Below, piece after piece: positions 19,977-29,109 of a DNA stretch of 64,000 nt. This DNA comes from an uncultured Gammaproteobacteria bacterium (GTDB lineage: Bacteria; Patescibacteriota; Microgenomatia; Daviesbacterales; UBA10151). The notes under the pieces are model-generated. The model searched no databases. It saw only the letters and a program-made list of their open reading frames with translations, and had not been told where the DNA came from. The stretch covers positions 3,671 through 67,670 of the forward strand of contig CAYOOO010000006.1 in the NCBI GenBank assembly GCA_964405655.1. Reading direction: 5' to 3'. A program made the position numbers and the translations under genes. Numbering within the stretch: position 1 is the stretch's first letter; the number at the start of each line of letters is the position of its first letter.

Positions 19977-22445
19977 ATGAAAAAAGATTTAAAACTTTCA
20001 ATAGTAATACCTGCATATAATGAGGAGGAAAATTTTCATAGAGGTGTTTTAGAAGAGGTATATAAATATCTGCAAAAACAAAATTACTTATGGGAAGTAC
20101 TCTTAGTCAATGATGGATCAGAAGATAATACTTTAAATCTTTTTAAAAAGTTTGTTAAAGATCATCCTGGCTTTAAAGTTATTAATATAGAGCACGCTGG
20201 AAAAGTAGCTGCTGTCTCTGCCGGAGTAAATGGGGCAATGGGAGAATATGTCCTGTTTACTGACTTTGATCAATCAACCCCTATAGAAGAAATAGGAAAA
20301 GTTTTAGAAAAGTTTAAGGAGGGAGTAGATTTCGTGATTGGTCAAAGAAATGATGAGGATATGAAATGGACTCTTTTTAAAAAGTTGCGAAGTAAAGTGT
20401 TTAATCTTTTGGTTCAACTGATAGTTCTGCCTGGAATCTCAGATACTCAATGCGGTTTTAAAGCATTTAAAAATGAAATAGGTAAAAAATTATTTAATGA
20501 GTTGATTGTCACAAAGTATACCCAAAAAGGAGGTTATATGGGAGCATTTGATGTTGAACTCCTTTTCCTGGCCAAAAAACACAAGTATAAGATTTCTCCG
20601 GTAAAAATTAAATGGCAATATTTTGATTCAAATAGACTATCAAAAAGTGAACCCTTAAAAATGCTAAGAGATGTAATATTGGTAAGGAGTTTTGATCTGC
20701 AAGGAGGTTATTCAGACAAAAAGAGTTTTTTTCAAAAAATATTTTCCAGCAAACACCTATTCCCTATAATTTTACTCTTTATGCTGACAATCCCAGCTGT
20801 CAAAGATTCAATTGCTATTGGCTATTTTCCTATGCACGATGATCTTCAAGCCATGAGACAGTTAGTCATAGATAAATGTTTTAAAGACGGTCAAATTCCT
20901 TGTCGTTGGTCAGTAGATTTAGGATATGGCTATGGTTATCCGCTTTTCAACTTTTATCCGCCCCTACCTTATTATTTTGGCCAGCTAATCCATACATTAG
21001 GGTTTTCTTTTTTGGATACTGTTAAAGTTTTGGCAATACTAAACTTTTTTGTTTCAGGGATTGCAATGTATATTTTAGCTCAAGTTTTTTGGGGGAGATG
21101 GGGAGCTTTGCTGTCTGGGCTTTTGTATGTTTATGCGCCATATCATGCAGTTGATGTTTATGTCAGGGCTGCCATGAATGAAGCTTGGGCACTAGCTTTG
21201 TTTCCAGTTATCTTTTGGGCTATTTATAAACTAATCACAAATCCTAAATGGATTTATGTAGCACTACTCGCCTTATTTACTGCTTTTCTGATGCTTTCAC
21301 ACAACCCAATGTTGATGATCTTTGCTCCTGGAGCATTAGGTTGGACAATCTATTGGTTGATACAAACCAAGAATTTTAAATCTATCTTTAAACTATCCCT
21401 AGCAGCTATCTGGGCTTTGGGTTTGGCAGCGTTTTTCACTTTACCAGTAATCTTTGAACAACAGTATGCCCATGTTGAGACTTTAGTGATTGGTTATTTT
21501 AACTATCTAGCTCACTTTGCTGATTTAAATCAATTATTTATAAGTACTAACTGGGGATTTGGAGATTCAAGGTTTGGACCTGTCGATGATATCAGTTTTC
21601 AAATTGGCCACCTCCATTGGATGTTATCGGTATTAAGTCTATTTGTTGTCTTTGTTCTTTTTAAGAAGGATAAAAAGATATCTTTGCTAGTTTTATTAAT
21701 GTTAGTAATGACTACCTTTTATACCTTTATGACTCACCAAAGATCTTCTTTTATTTGGTCTGCTATAAACTCTCTGCAATATCTACAGTTTCCCTGGAGG
21801 TTTTTAACTCTTTCTATCTTTGGTACCTCATTTTTAGGAGGGAGTATAATTTTGCTTTTTAAAAATCTACCAACCCTGAAAAAATTTAGAAAGATATTAC
21901 TAGTAATTTTATTATTATCCACTGTTTTACTTTATAAAGATTATTTCAAATGGAAAGATCATTGGCCTTGGGTTAATGATGAATACAAATTCTCTGGAGA
22001 ACTTTGGAGATTACAAATAACCTCAGGAATTTTTGATTATTTGCCAAAATGGGCACCATTGCCTCCTGCTATTCCTCCCCGCGGTGATGCCAACTTTTAT
22101 GATGGTAAAGGGCAAGTAGAAAAGATTTTTAAAAATAGCATTAAACAAGAATATAAAGTAACTGTTGAGAAGAGTGGTATTTTCCAGCTAGAAACTTTTT
22201 ACTTTCCTGGTTGGAGATATTTTGTAGATGGTAGGGAAGTTATAATTGATCCAAAAGAGGATAAAGAATTAGGTAGGCCTAGAATCAAACTTAATCCTGG
22301 AGAGCATATTGTAACAGCTAAGTTTACCAATACATCTATTAGGACAGCAGGTAATAGTTTATCTTTAGTTGCATGGTTTTTGCTACTAACTTATTTAGCA
22401 AAATTTGCTATTATTGACAGGGTTATTCACAGATTTAAGAGATGA
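19977..22445 (+). CDS. Fusion of a Dol-P-glucose-synthase-like GT2 with a GT-C (YfhO/PTPS-related) membrane domain
   Basis: Residues ~1-240 carry PAYNEE, VNDGSED, FTDFDQSTP, DTQCGFKAF and AFDVELL. The remainder carries PMHDD, GYGYPLFNFYPPL, YAPYHAVDVYVR, LQFPWRFL and FYFPGW. One continuous frame. Confidence 0.88.
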   Translation: MKKDLKLSIVIPAYNEEENFHRGVLEEVYKYLQKQNYLWEVLLVNDGSEDNTLNLFKKFVKDHPGFKVINIEHAGKVAAVSAGVNGAMGEYVLFTDFDQSTPIEEIGKVLEKFKEGVDFVIGQRNDEDMKWTLFKKLRSKVFNLLVQLIVLPGISDTQCGFKAFKNEIGKKLFNELIVTKYTQKGGYMGAFDVELLFLAKKHKYKISPVKIKWQYFDSNRLSKSEPLKMLRDVILVRSFDLQGGYSDKKSFFQKIFSSKHLFPIILLFMLTIPAVKDSIAIGYFPMHDDLQAMRQLVIDKCFKDGQIPCRWSVDLGYGYGYPLFNFYPPLPYYFGQLIHTLGFSFLDTVKVLAILNFFVSGIAMYILAQVFWGRWGALLSGLLYVYAPYHAVDVYVRAAMNEAWALALFPVIFWAIYKLITNPKWIYVALLALFTAFLMLSHNPMLMIFAPGALGWTIYWLIQTKNFKSIFKLSLAAIWALGLAAFFTLPVIFEQQYAHVETLVIGYFNYLAHFADLNQLFISTNWGFGDSRFGPVDDISFQIGHLHWMLSVLSLFVVFVLFKKDKKISLLVLLMLVMTTFYTFMTHQRSSFIWSAINSLQYLQFPWRFLTLSIFGTSFLGGSIILLFKNLPTLKKFRKILLVILLLSTVLLYKDYFKWKDHWPWVNDEYKFSGELWRLQITSGIFDYLPKWAPLPPAIPPRGDANFYDGKGQVEKIFKNSIKQEYKVTVEKSGIFQLETFYFPGWRYFVDGREVIIDPKEDKELGRPRIKLNPGEHIVTAKFTNTSIRTAGNSLSLVAWFLLLTYLAKFAIIDRVIHRFKR

Positions 22446-23419
22446 TCATAACGCAGGCACCTTTAAGAATAAGTTTTGTTGGAGGGGGTACAGACCTTCC
22501 GGATTTTTACAGAAATCATGGAGGCGCAGTTATCTCAACGGCAATTGATAAATATGTTTTTGTGATAGTTAAGGAAAGATTTGATGAGATGATTTATTTA
22601 AACTGGATGAAGAAAGAATTAGTGGAGCACGTTGATCAAATTGAACATGAGCTGATTAGAGAAGCAATGAGAAAAACTGGTGTTAGTAAGGGTGTTGAGA
22701 TTACTACCCTATCTGATATTCCAGCAGAAGGATCAGGTTTGGGTTCGTCCTCATCTATTACAGTTGCTCTTTTGCAAGCTCTGTACTTACATCAGGGAAT
22801 AATCGTTAATGCTGAAAGGTTAGCTATGGAAGCTTGCGAGATTGAAATTGATATTTTAGAAAAACCTATTGGTAAGCAAGATCAATATATTACAGCTTTC
22901 GGGGGTTTGAGACATTTTGAGTTTCAAGAAGATGATAGTGTTAAGGTCACAAATACTAAAATTGATAATGGGATTTTAGGTAGATTAAATGCTCACTTGT
23001 TACTTTTTTATACCGGTAAAACTAGAAAAGCAGCAGATGTTTTAACAGAGCAAAAAAGCAACATTATTGATACGGCAGCTATTCTAAAAAAAATGCGCGA
23101 TCAAAGTTATCAGGTTCTAGAAGCTTTGAACAAAGGAGATGTTGATTATCTAGGACAAGCCTTGGATCAGGGATGGGAGTTTAAGAAACAACTGGCTGGG
23201 GGAATTTCTTCGCCTGAGATAGATCAGATATATAAACTGGCCAAAGATGCAGGAGCTATAGGTGGTAAGGTTGCAGGAGCAGGAGGGGGAGGATTTATAC
23301 TTTTGTATGTTCCTTTAGGTAAGCAAGATGCAGTTAGAAAAGCCCTTTCGGATTATAGGGAGATGCCTTTCAGGTTGGAAAGAGACGGCGCGAAGTCTAT
23401 TTTTAATATTAGACGCTAA
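22442..23419 (+). CDS. hddA: D-glycero-alpha-D-manno-heptose-7-phosphate kinase (GHMP family)
   Basis: APLRISFVGGGTD, GSGLGSSS, GKQDQY, GAGGGGF, and adjacent to gmhA. Confidence 0.85.
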   Translation: MIITQAPLRISFVGGGTDLPDFYRNHGGAVISTAIDKYVFVIVKERFDEMIYLNWMKKELVEHVDQIEHELIREAMRKTGVSKGVEITTLSDIPAEGSGLGSSSSITVALLQALYLHQGIIVNAERLAMEACEIEIDILEKPIGKQDQYITAFGGLRHFEFQEDDSVKVTNTKIDNGILGRLNAHLLLFYTGKTRKAADVLTEQKSNIIDTAAILKKMRDQSYQVLEALNKGDVDYLGQALDQGWEFKKQLAGGISSPEIDQIYKLAKDAGAIGGKVAGAGGGGFILLYVPLGKQDAVRKALSDYREMPFRLERDGAKSIFNIRR

Positions 23420-23453
23420 ATAGACTACCTTGTAAAATAGTGTTAAATATCTT

Positions 23454-24056
23454 ATGGACATAAAGAATATTGCTCGAGATTACGTTACAGACTTAAAGAA
23501 AGCAGCTGACCAAATTGATGTAGATCAAGTTCAACAAATTGCAGATATATTTATCGAAGCATATAAGAACGATCGAACGATTTTTATCTTAGGTAATGGT
23601 GGATCTGCCTCAACTGCCTCACATATGAGCTGTGACTTTGGTAAAAACACTCTTCAAAATGTTTATGATCCGAAAAACAAGAGAATTAAAGTTATCTCTT
23701 TGACAGATAACGTTGCCCTAATGACAGCTTTTTCAAACGATTTAACATACGAAGATGTCTTTGCAGAACAGCTATTAAATCTGGTCAAGCCCAAAGATGT
23801 AGTAGTAGCAATTTCTGGTTCAGGTAACAGTCCAAATGTCCTCAAAGCTCTAAACTATGCTAAAGACCATCAGGCAATAACTGTTGGTTTTTTGGGTTTT
23901 CATACAGGTGGAAAAGCCAAAGAGCTATGTGATTACGACATTACTATCCAAAGTGACAGTTATGGAGTAGTTGAGGATCTGCACCTAATGCTCAATCACT
24001 TATTTACAACCTGCTTGACTTACATGAAGGAACACACAGATAATCAGAAACCTTGA
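23454..24056 (+). CDS. gmhA: Phosphoheptose isomerase (SIS domain)
   Basis: GNGGSAS.ASH, TAFSND, ISGSGNSPNV, EDLH. Confidence 0.9.
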   Translation: MDIKNIARDYVTDLKKAADQIDVDQVQQIADIFIEAYKNDRTIFILGNGGSASTASHMSCDFGKNTLQNVYDPKNKRIKVISLTDNVALMTAFSNDLTYEDVFAEQLLNLVKPKDVVVAISGSGNSPNVLKALNYAKDHQAITVGFLGFHTGGKAKELCDYDITIQSDSYGVVEDLHLMLNHLFTTCLTYMKEHTDNQKP

Positions 24057-24057
24057 G

Positions 24058-24951
24058 CTAGTAGACCTCTTTTAATTGTTTTTCTAGTCTGGCTCTAGCT
24101 TTCTCAGAAGTCTCTGGAGAGAATGTAGCGTATAAAGCTTGTCTTCTTGCAAACCTTTCCACTACAAACTTAGCCCAATCCAAACCGAAGGCTTGCTTAC
24201 CATATAAATAAAGAGAACCTATACAAGGGCTAGTGACTGTTTTCAGGTTTCTTAATAAAAGGTATCTAACTGCCTCAGGATCATTATCAATAAATATTAA
24301 AGACACCTCACCATCACCGCTTCTTTTTAAAATATCTGCTTTCGTTAAATTCGTTTTTGCCCTAAAGAGAATATCTACTGCAAAACTCTCCTTACTTTGA
24401 ATACCCCCTGAGCATGCTTCTATAACAAACTCATTTTGGTTAAGACCAGTCTCCTCTGAGGCCTCTCTTCTAGCAGTTTTTACTAAGTTTATACCCCCCT
24501 CGTCTATATCTTTGCTTAGGTCGACTAACCCACCGAGATTATGCAGACCGCCCATTTTACTTCTGTGGTAAGTTTGTAACTGAGCTAATATCAATTTATT
24601 ATCAGCTGTTATAGGTAAAAGTCCAACTCCCAAAGTAGTAGCTACACTGGATTCACCAAATTCTTTTTTGACACTAGCGGTTTGAGTGGTTACCCTTTCT
24701 TTATAATCAGTAACTCCTGTAACTAAAGTTAACCCTGACTGATCATATGAGGAGGAAATAACTAAAACCAGCGGGCTATTATATGCACCAGGACGAATAT
24801 TTAGATAATCATTCCAGGCTCTTTCTATATGGTCATCCAGTCTGCGAGTATGTCTAATGGTTTCGTTAGTATGGCTAATGCGAATTAAGTTAGGGTTAAA
24901 AGGACCCTCAAATAGAATATTAATCGGTGTATGCTCGTCTTCAATCTGCAT
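24058..24951 (-). CDS. NUDIX hydrolase (long, NUDT22-like architecture)
   Basis: Nudix box LGG...ARREASEETGL. Start placed at the ATG at 24951, downstream of a canonical promoter. Confidence 0.75.
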   Translation of the reverse strand: MQIEDEHTPINILFEGPFNPNLIRISHTNETIRHTRRLDDHIERAWNDYLNIRPGAYNSPLVLVISSSYDQSGLTLVTGVTDYKERVTTQTASVKKEFGESSVATTLGVGLLPITADNKLILAQLQTYHRSKMGGLHNLGGLVDLSKDIDEGGINLVKTARREASEETGLNQNEFVIEACSGGIQSKESFAVDILFRAKTNLTKADILKRSGDGEVSLIFIDNDPEAVRYLLLRNLKTVTSPCIGSLYLYGKQAFGLDWAKFVVERFARRQALYATFSPETSEKARARLEKQLKEVY

Positions 24952-24958
24952 GGACTGT

Positions 24959-24987
24959 ATTATATCAAACCTATAGTATCTAAACAA
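24959..24987 (-). promoter_or_regulatory. Putative sigma70 promoter of the NUDIX gene, near-leaderless
   Basis: Minus strand TTGTTT-17 nt (ending TGA)-TATAAT-7 nt-ATG. Confidence 0.65.
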
Positions 24988-25017
24988 ATTACTGGTTCAT
25001 ATATTCTAGAAATCTAA

Positions 25018-25023
25018 TATAAT
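25018..25023 (+). promoter_or_regulatory. Putative -10 box of the nucleotidyltransferase operon
   Basis: TATAAT 8 nt before the ATG at 25032, with no SD sequence. Confidence 0.45.
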
Positions 25024-25031
25024 ATTTTAGA

Positions 25032-25775
25032 ATGAAGGCATTAATTCTAGCCGCAGGACTTGGTACAAGGCTTAGACCGCATACTGAAAAGATACCCAAA
25101 GTCATGATGGAAATAGGTGGTAAGCCATTACTTTGGTATCATATCCAAAATCTTAAGTATTATGGAGTAAAAGATCTTTGGATTAATTTACACTGGTTTC
25201 CAGAAATTATTAAGGAATTCTTTGGAGATGGGTTAGATTTTGGGGTCAGTATTAATTACTCATTAGAAAGCCCAGATATATTGGGCACTGCAGGAGCATT
25301 AAAAAACCCGAATTCTAATGTTGGAGCAAACCTAAGAGGAGAAACTTTTCTAGTAGTTTATGGAGATAATTTTACAGATTTTGATTACTCAAAATTATTA
25401 GAGTTCCACCGCCTAAAAAAACCTCTAGTCTCAATTGGGCTTTATAGTTTTCCAGAACCTTGGAGTAAGGGAATTGTTGAGACAGATAAAAAAGGAAAAG
25501 TATTAAAGTTTGTTGAAAAGCCCCCAAAAGACCAAATCACTACCGATCAAGTTAATGCAGGAATTTATGTGTGTGAACCAGAAATCTTTGAATTTATCCC
25601 AGATGGTTTTTCTGATTTTGGTTTTGATGTTTTTCCCAAACTGATGATTGAAGGCCAAAAAGTTTATGCTTTAAATACCGAGGATTATTTTCAAGACATT
25701 GGAACTCTAGAAGGTTGGGAAAAAGCTAAAAAAGATCTTGAAAGTAGTAAATTAAAATTTAAATTCAAGCAATGA
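25032..25775 (+). CDS. hddC: Sugar-1-phosphate nucleotidyltransferase, probably heptose-1-phosphate guanylyltransferase
   Basis: LAAGLGTRLRP, PKVM, GTAGAL, YGDN, FVEKP, DIGT. Specificity inferred from the hddA/gmhA/gmhB context. Confidence 0.7.
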   Translation: MKALILAAGLGTRLRPHTEKIPKVMMEIGGKPLLWYHIQNLKYYGVKDLWINLHWFPEIIKEFFGDGLDFGVSINYSLESPDILGTAGALKNPNSNVGANLRGETFLVVYGDNFTDFDYSKLLEFHRLKKPLVSIGLYSFPEPWSKGIVETDKKGKVLKFVEKPPKDQITTDQVNAGIYVCEPEIFEFIPDGFSDFGFDVFPKLMIEGQKVYALNTEDYFQDIGTLEGWEKAKKDLESSKLKFKFKQ

Positions 25776-26275
25776 AAAAAGTGACTTTTTTTCTTGATAG
25801 AGACGGAGTCTTAAATCAAAAAGCAAATCCAGATGATTATATTAAAAATATTGAAGAGCTAGTTGTCCTGCCAGATGTCGAGAAAGCAATAAAGTTGATA
25901 AAAGACAAAGGGTTTATGGTGGTTGTGGTTTCTAATCAAAGAGGTGTAGCAAGAGGAATTATGGCTGAAAAAGTCGTTCATCAAATTAATGATGAGATAA
26001 ATAAAAAACTAGCAAAATTCAACACCTCAATAGAAAAATTTTACTCATGTTTCCATGATGATTTGGATAATTGCGATTGCCGCAAACCTAAACCGGGTTT
26101 ACTGCTTAAAGCTGCCAAGGAATTGGAAATTGATTTATCTAGCTCGTGGATGATAGGTGACTCACTGTCAGATAAAGAAGCAGCTTTAAGTGCTGGACTT
26201 AAGAAGTCGCATATTGTAATAATAAATTCCAATGGTTCTTTATTAGAAGCAGTTAATAAAATATTACATGAGTAA
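25772..26275 (+). CDS. gmhB: Heptose-1,7-bisphosphate phosphatase (HAD IIIA)
   Basis: FLDRDGVLN, VSNQRG, C.H....CDCRKPKPG, MIGDS.SD. Confidence 0.9.
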   Translation: MKKVTFFLDRDGVLNQKANPDDYIKNIEELVVLPDVEKAIKLIKDKGFMVVVVSNQRGVARGIMAEKVVHQINDEINKKLAKFNTSIEKFYSCFHDDLDNCDCRKPKPGLLLKAAKELEIDLSSSWMIGDSLSDKEAALSAGLKKSHIVIINSNGSLLEAVNKILHE

Positions 26276-27386
26276 AGGCCGTGTACTGATTACTGGAGGT
26301 GCTGGATTTATTGGTTCTCATACTGCTGATGAACTCTTCAAACGTGGGTATAAAATTAGAATCCTAGATAATCTTTCTGAAAAGACCCATTTTGGTAAAT
26401 GGCCAGAATACTTAAATCCCAAGTTTGAAAAAATAAAAGGGGATGTTAGAGATAAGACTACTTTAGAAAAGTCTCTTGAGGGAGTAGATTTTGTAATCCA
26501 TCTGGCAGCAATTATGGACTTAATGCCCAATTACTCAGTCTTTTTTGATACCAATGTTACTTCAACAGCTCTTTTGTATGAAATAATTGTTACTAAAAAA
26601 CTGCCAATAAAAAAAATTATTGTGGCTTCTTCCCAATTTGTCTATGGAGAAGGCAGATGGAAATGTCCTAAACACGGAGAAGTTTTTCCTAAACAAAGAA
26701 TCAATGAAAATTTAGTCAGGCAAAAGTGGGATCCTGTTTGTCCAATAGGTCAAGAAGAAATAGAGCCCTTAGAAAATTTAGAAACCCATCAAGATCCACC
26801 AAATCAATATGCTATCTCAAAATACACCCAAGAATTAATCGCTCTAAAGCTAGGCAGACTTAACAATATTCCCTCTAGCGCTATGCGCTACTCAATAGTT
26901 CATGGACCCAGACAATCTTTAAAAAATGCCTATTCAGGTGCTTTAAGAATATTTACTTTGCAGATGCTTAACAACAGACAGCCATCAATTTTTGAAGATG
27001 GTCTCTCTTTAAGAGATTATGTTTCTATTTATGATGTGGCCCGGGCTAATGCTGATGTATTGGAATCAAATAAGGCGAACTTTGAAAACTTTAATGTTGG
27101 TAGCGGTAAAACCTATACTGTCATAGAACTTGCCCAACTGATAGCTAAGGCTTTGAATAAAAAGTATGATTTTTTGCCTCAGGGTGAGTTTAGGGTAGGA
27201 GATATCAGACATGCTGTTTCTGATATCTCAAAGCTTAAAAGCATTGGTTGGAGACCTCTAGATGATGAGAAAGATATTATCAAAGAGTATATAGCCTGGG
27301 TAAAAAAACAAGAACTTGATAAAGATTACTTAAGTTTGGCAGAGTCCCAAATGAGAAGCCTTGGTGTTCTCAAAAAAGCTACCTGA
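26268..27386 (+). CDS. NAD-dependent epimerase/dehydratase (extended SDR)
   Basis: TGGAGFIGSH, HLAA, ASS..VYG, YAISK, RDYV, RVGDIRH. Confidence 0.9.
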   Translation: MSKGRVLITGGAGFIGSHTADELFKRGYKIRILDNLSEKTHFGKWPEYLNPKFEKIKGDVRDKTTLEKSLEGVDFVIHLAAIMDLMPNYSVFFDTNVTSTALLYEIIVTKKLPIKKIIVASSQFVYGEGRWKCPKHGEVFPKQRINENLVRQKWDPVCPIGQEEIEPLENLETHQDPPNQYAISKYTQELIALKLGRLNNIPSSAMRYSIVHGPRQSLKNAYSGALRIFTLQMLNNRQPSIFEDGLSLRDYVSIYDVARANADVLESNKANFENFNVGSGKTYTVIELAQLIAKALNKKYDFLPQGEFRVGDIRHAVSDISKLKSIGWRPLDDEKDIIKEYIAWVKKQELDKDYLSLAESQMRSLGVLKKAT

Positions 27387-27392
27387 GGATAG

Positions 27393-27422
27393 TTGTCTTT
27401 GAACCTCAGTAATTGGTACCAT
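27393..27422 (+). promoter_or_regulatory. Putative promoter, near-leaderless
   Basis: TTGTCT-18 nt (ending TGG)-TACCAT-7 nt-ATG at 27430. Confidence 0.5.
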
Positions 27423-27429
27423 AGGTTCA

Positions 27430-29109
27430 ATGGGTATTCCTAAACTCCTCAAATCCCACCTTTTTTTGCTTATATTTCTAATAATTTTAGTTATACCGAC
27501 TTTCAATAGAATGTTTAAGCCTGGTATATTCACCATGCATGATTTTCATGTTTACAGGCTCTATGAATATGATAAATGTATTGCTGATGTTAAATTACCT
27601 TGTAGATGGGCTCCGGATAGCGCTTTTGAGTATGGTGAGCCAGTTTTTAACTACTACGCCCAACTTCCTTATTTATTTGGTGAAGTATTTAGATTTTTGG
27701 GTTTATCAGTTTTAGGCTCAATCAAGGCTTTATTTGTATCCTCTTTAGTATTTTCTGCTCTAGCCATGTTTTTTTTAGCTAGGCAGCTTTGGGGAAATAA
27801 TCTGGCTGCTCTTACTTCTGCTTTGGTTTATACGTATGCTCCTTATAGAGCTGTGGATGTTTGGGTTAGAGGTGCGCTGCCTGAATCTTTAGCATTTATC
27901 TTTTTCCCACTAATAACTTACTTTTTTAATGACTTTGTTTTAAAAAAGAAAACTATCTCACTTTTGCTGTTTGGACTGTCATTTTCAGCTTTGGTTCTAA
28001 CACATAACTTATCGGTATTTATGTTTCTGATTTTCTTTTCAATATGGGCAGTTTACTTTTTAACAAAACATCAAAGCTGGAAATTAGTTCCACAGTTTAT
28101 TGGTGTGGGTATTATAAGTTTTGGGCTGTCTGCTTTCTATATTTTACCAGTGATCTTTGAAAACAAATTAGTTACTTTAACGGAGACAACTGGAGGATAT
28201 TATGATTTTAAAAACCATTATGTCACACTAAATCAGTTGTTAATTTCCAGATATTGGGGTTATGGAGCATCTCTCTGGGGAGAGGATGATAGATTAAGTT
28301 TATCTGTGGGTCATGTCCAATGGGTAATCCCAATATTAATTGCTGTACTAGTTATCTTCAGAAGAAAAATTAAAAACTACTTCAGCTTCTTTGTTCTTTT
28401 TGGTTTAGGTTGGTTTATGTTGTTTTTAACTCATAACAAATCAACACCACTCTGGGACATTTTTGCTCCATTAAGATTTGTCCAATTTCCTTGGAGATTT
28501 TTAGGTTCAGCAGTTTTTATCTTTGCACTTTCGACTGGGGCACTTCTGACTTTGTTTAAAAAACCACTTCTTAATATTTTAATATCATTGATAGTTATCG
28601 GAATAGTTATTGGTTTAAATACTCCTTTTTATTTTGAGGATATTTGGCAGTCATTTGATGATAAACAGTTTTTCTCAGGCAAAAATTACGAAATGCAAGT
28701 GGGCTCAGCAATCTACGATTTTTGGCCCAAAACTGCTGGAAAAGAAGTGCCTTCAACCTTTGCACCCAAAGATCCAATTTTTAAAGAAGGGAGTGGATCA
28801 GGAAAACTGATTGAGAAAAAAAGTCACAGTGCCAAGTACGAGTTAGAGATTAAGAGCAATCAAGCAGAGATTTCTTTCCCCATTGTTTACTTTTCTGGTT
28901 GGGTTGCTTATTCAAATGACCAAAAGTTAGAAATCTATCCAAAAGATAAATATGGACTTATTACTACTAGACTGATTCCTAAGGATAAGATAATAACCTT
29001 AGAATTTAAAGATACCTTAGTTAGACAGATTGGTAATACTCTAACCTTAATTTCACTCTTTACATTTATATCAGTTTTTACTCTTCTTAGAAGAAAAGAA
29101 AAAAAATGA
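27430..29109 (+). CDS. GT-C (YfhO/PTPS-related) membrane glycosyltransferase
   Basis: TMHDF, YGEPVFNYY, YAPYRAVDVWVRG, VQFPWRFL, VYFSGW. Paralog of the C-terminal part of 19977-22445. Confidence 0.82.
   Translation: MGIPKLLKSHLFLLIFLIILVIPTFNRMFKPGIFTMHDFHVYRLYEYDKCIADVKLPCRWAPDSAFEYGEPVFNYYAQLPYLFGEVFRFLGLSVLGSIKALFVSSLVFSALAMFFLARQLWGNNLAALTSALVYTYAPYRAVDVWVRGALPESLAFIFFPLITYFFNDFVLKKKTISLLLFGLSFSALVLTHNLSVFMFLIFFSIWAVYFLTKHQSWKLVPQFIGVGIISFGLSAFYILPVIFENKLVTLTETTGGYYDFKNHYVTLNQLLISRYWGYGASLWGEDDRLSLSVGHVQWVIPILIAVLVIFRRKIKNYFSFFVLFGLGWFMLFLTHNKSTPLWDIFAPLRFVQFPWRFLGSAVFIFALSTGALLTLFKKPLLNILISLIVIGIVIGLNTPFYFEDIWQSFDDKQFFSGKNYEMQVGSAIYDFWPKTAGKEVPSTFAPKDPIFKEGSGSGKLIEKKSHSAKYELEIKSNQAEISFPIVYFSGWVAYSNDQKLEIYPKDKYGLITTRLIPKDKIITLEFKDTLVRQIGNTLTLISLFTFISVFTLLRRKEKK

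Noticed and set aside
22442-26275. LPS inner-core ADP-heptose pathway
   Set aside because: The kinase is GHMP/HddA type rather than HldE, and no waaC/waaF, lpx or kdsA genes are present.
19977-29109. Pterin (6-pyruvoyl-tetrahydropterin synthase) function for the PTPS-related domains
   Set aside because: The family name is historical. These are polytopic membrane proteins with no T-fold PTPS motifs.
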